Part shown: piece by piece, positions 56,695 to 64,000 of the stretch
How the letters are laid out: the number at the start of each line of letters is the position of its first letter
How positions within the stretch are numbered: position 1 is the first letter of the stretch
Sequence record: MG592671.1
DNA length: 64,000 nucleotides
Direction: 5' to 3' (one strand)
Made by a program: the position numbers and the translations under genes
The notes under the pieces: model-generated
Database searches by the model: none
Told to the model about the DNA's origin: nothing
What the model saw: only the letters and a program-made list of their open reading frames with translations

Positions 56695-57117
56695 ATGTTT
56701 TGGAATGAAAATAAAAAGTGCGATACGTCTACAGATAATAATGTACTGCCAAAATATCGTAATCCAGATAATGAATTATACGGAACGTACGTTGTTGTTA
56801 GACCAAATATGTCAATAGACGATCTCGTTGCAATCCAAGATTGGGTTAAAGAGCATCCTAATTTGACACTAGTAACAATGCCAGTTGCTGACATCCTTGC
56901 TAATGCAAAAAGAAATGGCCAAGCACACGTATGTATTGATACTATTGGTAATGTTTCATCTGACATGAATCCCCATAAAGAGTTTCGCGAACTAACGTTA
57001 CATTTAAAGCCTACTGTATATTGGTATAATGTTGAGCCTGCTGTTATTGAGGTTCTAGGCAAGAAGTATGATAAGACTCAATTAGAAGAAGCTCTTAGAA
57101 ATATCGATTCAAAGTAA
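56695..57117 (+). CDS. hypothetical protein
   Basis: ORF. Confidence 0.7.
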   Translation: MFWNENKKCDTSTDNNVLPKYRNPDNELYGTYVVVRPNMSIDDLVAIQDWVKEHPNLTLVTMPVADILANAKRNGQAHVCIDTIGNVSSDMNPHKEFRELTLHLKPTVYWYNVEPAVIEVLGKKYDKTQLEEALRNIDSK

Positions 57118-57132
57118 CGCCGGAGGCAATGA

Positions 57133-57606
57133 ATGCAAGAGATCGAGCGTAAGTTTTTACCAGCACCTGGTGCAGTAATCCCGTTTACTTCAGATAATGA
57201 AGAAATCATCCAAATGTACATCCATGAAGAAGGCGAAGATACTGTATGTCGTTTACGTCTTATTGATGGCCACAAAGCGTTAATCACTCAGAAAGACAAA
57301 AGTCTAGATGGCGGGTTCTCATGTAATGAGCTTGAATCTCGTATCCCATATCATATAGGGTTAGTGATGTATGATGCGTGTGGTAATCCGCCTATCATCA
57401 AAGAACGTTATCGTATCCCACACGGCGAGTTAACTTTCGAAGTAGATGTATTTTCTGATCACAATAAAGGCTTAGTCCTTATTGAAATCGAAATGCCTTC
57501 TAAAGATACAGTTATCACGTTACCTGACTGGGTAGGCGAAGAAGTAACTTTAGATCCACGTTATAAAAACGTTAATCTAATAAAAAATCCATATGAACTA
57601 TGGTAA
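57133..57606 (+). CDS. CYTH (triphosphate tunnel metalloenzyme) protein
   Basis: QEIERKFL, RLR, K-RY, EVD-F, IEIE, EEVT-DPRYKN. Confidence 0.9.
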   Translation: MQEIERKFLPAPGAVIPFTSDNEEIIQMYIHEEGEDTVCRLRLIDGHKALITQKDKSLDGGFSCNELESRIPYHIGLVMYDACGNPPIIKERYRIPHGELTFEVDVFSDHNKGLVLIEIEMPSKDTVITLPDWVGEEVTLDPRYKNVNLIKNPYELW

Positions 57607-57612
57607 ACTAAT

Positions 57613-57785
57613 TTAAGCAGCAACTCGTGGTAGGGGAATGTAGACCCGCCTTGGGGAATCTAGGAGAGCTCAGAGGATACTTGCGGCACAGTTGAAGAGT
57701 GTTCCCTAATTCACGGGACGTGTAGCCTTAATGGCGAAGTGTAGACTGTTACTGGTTCAAGTCCAGTCCATCGAACGCTGCTTAA
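57613..57785 (+). ncRNA. tRNA-Leu-like RNA, copy 1 (expanded anticodon domain, extended acceptor)
   Basis: TTAAGCAGC/GCTGCTTAA; T-arm ACTGG-TTCAAGT-CCAGT. Confidence 0.6.
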
Positions 57786-57789
57786 TAAA

Positions 57790-57950
57790 ATGAAATACAG
57801 CAACTCGTTGTGGTGAAACTGGTAGACGCGCCTGGTTGGTACCTGCGTTGACTACCCCTGTAAAAAAAGGGGTCATAGACAATGGGACGCCCGGGATCCT
57901 TGTGAAAGGGGAGTGCAGGTTCGAGTCCTGTCTTCGAACGCTGTGTTCAT
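57790..57950 (+). ncRNA. tRNA-Leu-like RNA, copy 2
   Basis: D-arm GTGGTGAAACTGGTAGACGCG, V-arm, T-arm GCAGG-TTCGAGT-CCTGT; shares terminal motifs with copy 1. Confidence 0.65.
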
Positions 57951-57953
57951 ACT

Positions 57954-58063
57954 TGAGAAGATCATAAACAAAATTTGGTACGCGCTTCAGTTGTGAGGTT
58001 CAATTCCTCGAGGTTCTAGGTGACCAACGTCGACGTAGAGGTTCGAATCCTCCTTTTCAACCA
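57954..58063 (+). ncRNA. 110-nt CCA-ending tRNA-like RNA with two T-loops
   Basis: TGAGAAG/CTTTTCA-A-CCA. Confidence 0.6.
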
Positions 58064-58077
58064 AAAAATAATAGGAT

Positions 58078-58500
58078 ATGAGTATGAATCTTAATGAAAT
58101 CGAATTAGTCCCTAAAACTAAAACATTTTATGTTCGTTATACATCCAATCAGACTGGCGTGTATAAAATTGTTGGTACTTCTGAAGAAACATTTAAAAAT
58201 ATTCTTGTTGAACAGCACACAAAAATGCATAGAGCTAAACGATACGTTGATGAGTATCAAACAGAAGTTAACACTGCTCAACGCAAAATGAATAAACTTC
58301 GTGATGATTGTGATTTCACACATTACTACAATCAAGCACAGGATGATCGTAGTAACTATGAATACTACCTGGATCAACAAATGCCAAAATTCAAAAAGGC
58401 AGAAAAAGAATTCAATTTCTATTTTGATCAGATTAATCCAGATGCTGGCGAGTATATTACGCTGATGATGTGTTATGACGCAGAGTGGGTTTTTGAATGA
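58078..58500 (+). CDS. Coiled-coil hypothetical protein
   Basis: SD AGGA. Confidence 0.7.
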   Translation: MSMNLNEIELVPKTKTFYVRYTSNQTGVYKIVGTSEETFKNILVEQHTKMHRAKRYVDEYQTEVNTAQRKMNKLRDDCDFTHYYNQAQDDRSNYEYYLDQQMPKFKKAEKEFNFYFDQINPDAGEYITLMMCYDAEWVFE

Positions 58501-58577
58501 AAAAAGATTTTGCTGAATTGTTTATAGGGTTTGTTTTAGTTATGTTCGCTATAGCTATATTGCTTGAAGTTACGTAA
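58497..58577 (+). CDS. 26-aa membrane microprotein
   Basis: ATGA coupling; single TM. Confidence 0.5.
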   Translation: MKKDFAELFIGFVLVMFAIAILLEVT

Positions 58578-58647
58578 TGTTACGCAATCGTAATAAAATG
58601 TTATAATAATACATAAGCAGTTAGCAACAAGAGCTGCTTAGTAAATT
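58578..58647 (+). promoter_or_regulatory. Promoter plus 5' leader hairpin (duplicated at 59775-59828)
   Basis: TGTTACG-N14-TGTTATAAT; ATAAGCAGTTAGCAAC. Confidence 0.7.
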
Positions 58648-58723
58648 GGGCCTTTAGCTCAGTGGTTAGAGCAGTCGACTCATAATCGATTGGTCCGGGG
58701 TTCAAGTCCCTGAAGGCCCACCA
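58648..58723 (+). tRNA. tRNA-Ile2(CAU)
   Basis: 76 nt, loop CTCATAA; body resembles enterobacterial ileX rather than Met tRNAs. Confidence 0.85.
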
Positions 58724-58843
58724 AACCTAGATAGATTTCTAGCTTTGCGACCTTGCGAGTTGCGAAGTGCTACTGAAAAGTAGGGGTAAGCTAAACTCGT
58801 ATCAAGTGTTGCCTACTCGGAGCACTTAAATGGAAAAGCGTCA

Positions 58844-59302
58844 ATGTACTTTCCAGCCTGCATGCGAGGATTAACTAGAGAGGTTCTTATGTCTGTCCAA
58901 GCATCTTGGGAAAAAGATTTTGAAGAAAAATATGGCTTTGAGCATATTTTTGAAGAGAACATGATCCAAGCTATAAAGGTTTATTTCCAGTTCGGATTAG
59001 AACCAGGATCTTGTACTACTTGTATTCTTCGTGGTGAACTAGAAGAAGCTCGTGCAAGAGCACATCCTCACTTATTACGATGTGAATTTAATTCAGCTGT
59101 AACTAACATTGAGCGTTTGTATCATACAATTCGTGAGTTGCTTGGTGAAATGGTTCTTGAATATAGCTTAGATCCGAATCACGGATATAAGTTTCCAGGG
59201 ATAAATAATATTCCAGAACATGAACAAGCGATGATATTTTTAGAATCGCCGTTGTTACAGTATTGGATGAAAGAAGCTGCTGACGCGGAGTTTATTAGAT
59301 AG
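58844..59302 (+). CDS. hypothetical protein
   Basis: ORF; start uncertain. Confidence 0.7.
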   Translation: MYFPACMRGLTREVLMSVQASWEKDFEEKYGFEHIFEENMIQAIKVYFQFGLEPGSCTTCILRGELEEARARAHPHLLRCEFNSAVTNIERLYHTIRELLGEMVLEYSLDPNHGYKFPGINNIPEHEQAMIFLESPLLQYWMKEAADAEFIR

Positions 59303-59309
59303 GTTCTAT

Positions 59310-59534
59310 ATGGGCAAGACATATAAGGATACCGGTAAGTATTATCTCGGTAAAAATAAAGATATTCCAAAATATCTAAAAGATAAACTTCCTGAAGGTC
59401 GCTTCGGACATGCTGCTGGGCTTCGTTGGGGAAATTCTCGTAAAAACAGAGCGAAAGATAGTCAAATATTAAATCAGATTGAACGTTCTCAATTAAATCG
59501 AAAAATTGGTAAAGATGATGACTCAAGCTCATAA
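59310..59534 (+). CDS. Small basic protein
   Basis: MGKTYKD; K/R-rich. Confidence 0.65.
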   Translation: MGKTYKDTGKYYLGKNKDIPKYLKDKLPEGRFGHAAGLRWGNSRKNRAKDSQILNQIERSQLNRKIGKDDDSSS

Positions 59535-59787
59535 AACTATTGGTGCTTTAGTTGAACTACACGATGATGTATTTGACTTAGAGGGCTATAAAGATTATTA
59601 TACACACCTTGTTCATTTGCGTGGTGTGGTATTTGAAGTTCAAAATTGTGATGGCGCGCATACGCACGTTATTGATAGAAATAGTGGCGTAGAATTTGGC
59701 CTACATTCAGAGAATTTCAAAACTATTTCAAAAGAAAAGAAAAAAGCTTACGATAAAGCACAACGCTTCGTAAATAAAATGTTATAA
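59515..59787 (+). CDS. hypothetical protein
   Basis: ORF. Confidence 0.65.
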   Translation: MMTQAHKTIGALVELHDDVFDLEGYKDYYTHLVHLRGVVFEVQNCDGAHTHVIDRNSGVEFGLHSENFKTISKEKKKAYDKAQRFVNKML

Positions 59788-59828
59788 TTAATTATAAGCA
59801 GTTAGCAACGTAGACTGCTTGATAAATT

Positions 59829-59916
59829 GGAGGTATTGGGGAGTAGACAAACCCAAGGGACTGTAAATCCCTCGCTTACGAGAGTAGCTACGGTGGTGCA
59901 AATCCATCTACCTCCA
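59829..59916 (+). tRNA. tRNA-Tyr(GUA)
   Basis: Loop CTGTAAA, long V-arm; T-loop TGCAAAT; 3' CAA rather than CCA. Confidence 0.85.
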
Positions 59917-59972
59917 CAAACTGTTGTCATATAAAATGTTATAATAACTATATACTAATATAGGGATTTATA

Positions 59973-60848
59973 ATGTATTATATGACAAGAGATGAAAGTT
60001 GGAAACAACCTAACGGCAAATATAAGTGTCCAGAATGTGATAAAGAATATAGTGCAAAAGGTATAATGAGTCATTATATTTCACAGCATACTGACCAAGA
60101 AGGTTTTGCTAAAAAAGCAGAGCAAGATAAAGCTAATAATAATTCTAGATTATCTGCGTATAAGAAAGATCCAACTAAATGTAATCAATGTTTAGCTGTT
60201 TTATCATATGACAAACGCAAAAATAAATATTGTTCACATAGTTGTGCTGCTAAATCTTCAAACGCCTCAAGAAGCAAAGTTGATACATCAGGAACTAAAG
60301 ATTGTAACTGTATATCTTGTGGTAATACTATTAAGATAGCAAAAAATGCATCAGCAACGCGATCTAAATGTGTGAAATGCAAGAAGCCAAAAACTGCAAA
60401 AAAACCTAAAAATAACCCAGTTAAAGATAAAAACCCAGGCGAGCACACTAAGGTTAAGCCGTGCATTATATGCGGTAAGTATCATACTAAAATATCAGGA
60501 AAATATTGCAATATATGCCAACCTAATGTTAGGCTTTATAGGGCAAGAGCTGAATTTACATTTAATGTATATGACTATCCAGATAGATTCAATATTGCTC
60601 TTATTGACCAATATGGATGGTATTCCCCTGGCGGTAAAAAGAAAACTAAAAATATTAACGGTATCTCAAGAGATCATAAATATTCAGTATCAGAAGGATT
60701 TGCTAACAAAGTAGACCCTAAATTATTATCTCATCCAGCAAATTGTGAGATAATGTTACAGCTGGATAATGTTAAAAAGAGACATCGTAGTTCTATTACT
60801 TTAGATGAGTTAAAACAGCTAATCGAAGAATGGGATAAAAAACATTAA
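59973..60848 (+). mobile_element. HNH-type homing endonuclease with zinc fingers, inserted in the tRNA cluster
   Basis: CPEC, CNQC..YCSHSC, SRDH...HPANC...N; own promoter at 59937. Confidence 0.7.
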
Positions 60849-60858
60849 AATAAATTGT

Positions 60859-60934
60859 TGGGGTATAGCTCAATTGGTAGAGCACCTGGTTTTGATCCAG
60901 GTTGTTGGAGATTCGAGTTCTTCTACCCCAGCCA
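60859..60934 (+). tRNA. tRNA-Gln(UUG)
   Basis: 76 nt, loop TTTTGAT, G73-CCA. Confidence 0.9.
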
Positions 60935-60936
60935 TT

Positions 60937-61011
60937 GGATGAGTAGCTCAGAGGCAGAGCGGGGAGCTGTTAACTCCTAGGTCGGGATTTCGAAATTCCC
61001 CTCGTCCGCCA
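60937..61011 (+). tRNA. tRNA-Asn(GUU)
   Basis: Loop CTGTTAA, G73-CCA. Confidence 0.88.
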
Positions 61012-61022
61012 ATTAACAAAAT

Positions 61023-61099
61023 CGGAACTTAGCTCAGTTTGGTAGAGTACACCGTTTGGGACGGTGTTGTCAGAAGTTCGAATCTTCTAGTTCCGACCA
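61023..61099 (+). tRNA. tRNA-Pro(UGG)
   Basis: Loop TTTGGGA, C1-G72, A73-CCA. Confidence 0.92.
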
Positions 61100-61101
61100 A
61101 T

Positions 61102-61186
61102 GGAAGTATCACTTAGTGATGGCAATCAACTTTACAAGTTAGTGAAGCATTGTTGATAAGCCCACGGAGGTATGTGTCTTCCGCCA
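61102..61186 (+). pseudogene. Degenerate tRNA-like element (Val UAC-like loop)
   Basis: GGAAG/CTTCC-G-CCA, loop TTTACAA, no T-arm. Confidence 0.4.
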
Positions 61187-61236
61187 ATCCTGGTGTCACT
61201 TAACCGGACACCTTGACCTCTTCGGAGGTCAAAATC

Positions 61237-61319
61237 GCTGGTATCGCATAGTGGCAATTGCAATACACTTGTAATGTATCGGGAAACCTTCGTCAGTTCG
61301 AGTCTGACTACCAGCACCA
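61237..61319 (+). tRNA. tRNA-Thr(UGU) with an enlarged variable arm
   Basis: Loop CTTGTAA; 12-nt V region CGGGAAACCTTC; CCA. Confidence 0.88.
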
Positions 61320-61322
61320 CTT

Positions 61323-61399
61323 CTTCCGTTCGTCTAGTTGGCCTAGGACACTGCCCTTTCACAGCGGCAACAGGGGTTCGAATCCCCTACGGAAGACCA
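61323..61399 (+). tRNA. tRNA-Glu(UUC)
   Basis: Loop CTTTCAC, CCA. Confidence 0.88.
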
Positions 61400-61468
61400 A
61401 TTTCTAGTAACAATGCGCTCGAAGATTGCCTTAAGGCGCGAATTGAGACATTACGCTAGAATTATTTT

Positions 61469-61501
61469 AAACCTTAAGAATTTGATTCTTAGGGTTTTTT
61501 T
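61469..61501 (+). terminator. Terminator closing the tRNA cluster
   Basis: CCTTAAGAAT-TTG-ATTCTTAGGG-T7. Confidence 0.85.
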
Positions 61502-61526
61502 ATGACTAAAATAATAGGATTAGATA

Positions 61527-63533
61527 ATGGATTTTCATGATTTGAAAGTTGCGGTATCCAAGCAGTTCGATTTTATGGCTTCAAAAAGCACTAATTTATT
61601 TGCATCCAAAGCATCTCGTGACGAGCTTTGGAATACATATCTAGGTTCTTTCCCTGAAGGTACCAATCCAATCTATAAAGAGCGTCCAACATATGACTGT
61701 AATTGCTGTAAGCAGTTCATTCGTGCAGCAGGAAATGCACTAGCTATCATTGATGGTGAAGTTGTTTCTATCTGGGACGTGCAAATTGGTGGTTACTACC
61801 AAGTAGTTGTTGATGCAATGGCGGCACTAGTTCGAGAAAAAGGCATTGGTTCTGTATTTCTACATGCTGAGAGTGCTGTAGGTACTGACTTCAACATGCA
61901 ACAAATTGAAGGTGAGCCAGTAAAACGTTGGGATCACTTCCATCAAGTTCTTCCTCGCTATTCTGTAGTAACTGATGGTTCAATTGGTAAGAAGAAAGGT
62001 GATTCTTCAAGTAACCGCGCAGTATTAGAGCGTTCACTAGTTGAACTAACTGATGAAGCAGTTGATGTTGTTCTAGAACTTATTGATCAGAAATCACTTT
62101 ACCGTGGTGAAGAACACAAGCGCACTGTTACGACTCTTCAAACATTGAAGCGAGAATACCTACAGGCTGAAAACAAAGACTTGTATCTTTGGACTAAATC
62201 AGTTGAACTAGGTCGTGTATCAGCTTTCCGTAACACTGTAATCGGGTCTCTTATTCAAGATCTATCAGAAGGCATTGACCTTGAAGTTGCAGTGAAAAAG
62301 TTCGAAGTAAAGGTTGCGCCACAGAACTACAAGCGTCCAACAGCTCTTGTAACGCAGTCTATGGTAAACAACGCTCAAGCTAAAGTTGAAGAACTTGGTG
62401 CCGCTCGCTCACTACCACGTCGTCGTGCCGTAACAACTGATATCACTATCAACAACGTACTGTTCGCTGATCGCTCTGCTAAAGAGTCAATGGGTGAGCT
62501 AATGGACATCCTAGGAACTTCGGTTAAACGAAATACTCCTAAGATGGATAAAGTAGATGAAGTATCTATCCAGGACTTCATTGATAATATCCTGCCTAAA
62601 GCAGACTCATTAGAAGTAATGGTAGACAACAAGCACACTAACAACTTTGTTAGCCTTATTGCTCCAGAAAACGCTGATGCGCCAAATATCCTTAAGTGGG
62701 ATAACAACTTCTCTTGGTCATACAACGGTGAAGTTGCTGACTCAATGAAGGAGCGTGTGAAAGCTGCTGGTGGTCAAGTAACTGGCGACTTACGCTTCTC
62801 CATCCAGTGGAACGATGATGTGCAAAACCGTAATGATCTTGATGCTCACTGTAAAGAGCCAGGTGGTAACGAGATTTACTTCAATAACAAAGGCCGTCGA
62901 CACGCTTCATCAGGCATGCTTGATGTTGACATTATGTCTCCAGGCGATAAAGTAGCTGTTGAGAACATCATTTATTCTGATCGCAATAAAATGCCAGAAG
63001 GGGATTACAACTTCTTTGTAAACAATTACTCCGGCTCAAGCGGTGAGAACTTTACTGCTGAGATTGAATTCGATGGCACAATACATACACTTAATTTTGT
63101 AGGTCGTTGTTCAGGTCGTATGCAAGTTGCAACCGTAAACTATTCACGCACTGAAGGCTTCACAATCAAAGAGCACCTACCAAGTGCAACTGCTTCTAAA
63201 GAAGTATGGGGCGTAACAACCAATGCTTGGACTAAAGTGCAAATGGTTATGAACTCGCCTAACCACTGGGATGGCGAAGAAACTGGCAACAAGCACTTCT
63301 TCTTCATGTTAGAAGGTTGTAAGGATCCTGATACGTCACGTGGCTTCTACAATGAATTCTTATCCGCTGAACTAAATGAACACCGTAAGGTATTCGAGTT
63401 ATTAGGTGGCAAGATGCGTGTTCAGCCTACAAACGAGCAGTTGAGCGGTGTTGGCTTCTCAAGCACATCACGCAACGAGGTACTTGTAAAAGTATCTGGC
63501 GCATTCAACCGCGTTGTGAAAGTAAAATTCTAA
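61527..63533 (+). CDS. Large hypothetical protein with a YfaP/DUF2135-like C-terminal domain
   Basis: DLRFSIQW, DLDAH, LDVD, AVENI; N-terminal CNCCK. Confidence 0.65.
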   Translation: MDFHDLKVAVSKQFDFMASKSTNLFASKASRDELWNTYLGSFPEGTNPIYKERPTYDCNCCKQFIRAAGNALAIIDGEVVSIWDVQIGGYYQVVVDAMAALVREKGIGSVFLHAESAVGTDFNMQQIEGEPVKRWDHFHQVLPRYSVVTDGSIGKKKGDSSSNRAVLERSLVELTDEAVDVVLELIDQKSLYRGEEHKRTVTTLQTLKREYLQAENKDLYLWTKSVELGRVSAFRNTVIGSLIQDLSEGIDLEVAVKKFEVKVAPQNYKRPTALVTQSMVNNAQAKVEELGAARSLPRRRAVTTDITINNVLFADRSAKESMGELMDILGTSVKRNTPKMDKVDEVSIQDFIDNILPKADSLEVMVDNKHTNNFVSLIAPENADAPNILKWDNNFSWSYNGEVADSMKERVKAAGGQVTGDLRFSIQWNDDVQNRNDLDAHCKEPGGNEIYFNNKGRRHASSGMLDVDIMSPGDKVAVENIIYSDRNKMPEGDYNFFVNNYSGSSGENFTAEIEFDGTIHTLNFVGRCSGRMQVATVNYSRTEGFTIKEHLPSATASKEVWGVTTNAWTKVQMVMNSPNHWDGEETGNKHFFFMLEGCKDPDTSRGFYNEFLSAELNEHRKVFELLGGKMRVQPTNEQLSGVGFSSTSRNEVLVKVSGAFNRVVKVKF

Positions 63534-63541
63534 TTCCAATG

Positions 63542-63562
63542 TGAGGTGTTCCGAGCACCTCA
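63542..63562 (+). other. Intergenic hairpin
   Basis: TGAGGTGTT/AGCACCTCA. Confidence 0.5.
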
Positions 63563-63593
63563 TTCACTTAAAATAAAATAAAAGGGTTCTATT

Positions 63594-63983
63594 ATGACTA
63601 ATATTTTCGCTCTGGCTACTCGCCAAAAACTTCGTTTCCCTACACATAAAGGCAACGCAACAGTTGAAGACTTGTGGGATCTACCACTTGACTCAGCTCG
63701 AGGCACATCAATCAACAGCTTGTATGTTGAGATTGATGCAGCTCTAAAAGAAACACAGGTATCTGGTCTAGTTGCTAAGCCAACTAAAGGTTCTGAAGTT
63801 CTAACTCTAAAACGAGATATCTTGAAAGAGATTTTTGAAGTTCGTGATGCTGAACAAGAAGCTGCTAAAGCTGCTCAAGATGACAAGGCTCATAACCAAC
63901 GCATCCTGGCTCTTATTGCAGAGAAGGAACTTGCTGCTGAAGGCGAACTTTCGATTGACGAATTGAAAGCTAAGTTGAAGTAA
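63594..63983 (+). CDS. Helical hypothetical protein
   Basis: KLRF...VEDLWDLPL; SD AAGGG. Confidence 0.75.
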   Translation: MTNIFALATRQKLRFPTHKGNATVEDLWDLPLDSARGTSINSLYVEIDAALKETQVSGLVAKPTKGSEVLTLKRDILKEIFEVRDAEQEAAKAAQDDKAHNQRILALIAEKELAAEGELSIDELKAKLK

Positions 63984-64000
63984 GTTATAATTAGGGAAGA

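Noticed and set aside
61132-61459. ORFs 61132-61362 and 61274-61459
   Set aside because: Shadow frames over tRNA genes
176-63000. Most other short minus-strand or off-frame ORFs nested in + strand genes
   Set aside because: They lack SDs and overlap genes with clear motifs; only 28378, 39961, 40218 and 49939 are accepted as complete minus-strand genes
1-64000. Retron, DGR, CRISPR-Cas, integrase or rRNA
   Set aside because: No reverse transcriptase, cas, recombinase or rRNA signature was recognised in any frame

Overview
AT-rich, gene-dense 64 kb segment of a large lytic tailed phage (T4-superfamily or jumbo-like). The host is probably a gamma-proteobacterium, inferred from a GrxA-like glutaredoxin and an OmpU/OmpC-type porin. 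Almost all genes are on the + strand behind a recurrent TGTTATAAT promoter core. A few structural or lysis-type genes sit behind (G/A)TAAATA late-type promoters. Recognisable modules are: a beta-helix tailspike; tRNA repair (RnlA, Pnk, phosphoesterases, three Pol-beta nucleotidyltransferases); NAD+ salvage (NadM-Nudix, PnuC, NadR, NadV); three ClpP-fold peptidases; PhoH; dCMP deaminase; a K+ channel; a porin; four free-standing homing endonucleases; and 11 canonical tRNAs. The most unusual signal is a set of about 12 tRNA-like or large structured non-coding elements at 43-61 kb. They keep T-arms, and usually acceptor stems, while the anticodon or D domains are replaced, relocated or circularly permuted. 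They lie around a stand-alone class II aaRS-like catalytic core. Other notable items are a tandem array of ~11 small paralogues joined by an ATGACTGA start/stop junction, a shared C-terminal peptide tag, a phosphoesterase split by a 13-nt gap (possible ribosome hop), and a canonical -1 frameshift site. All pairings and motifs were read by eye; no database search or folding was run.
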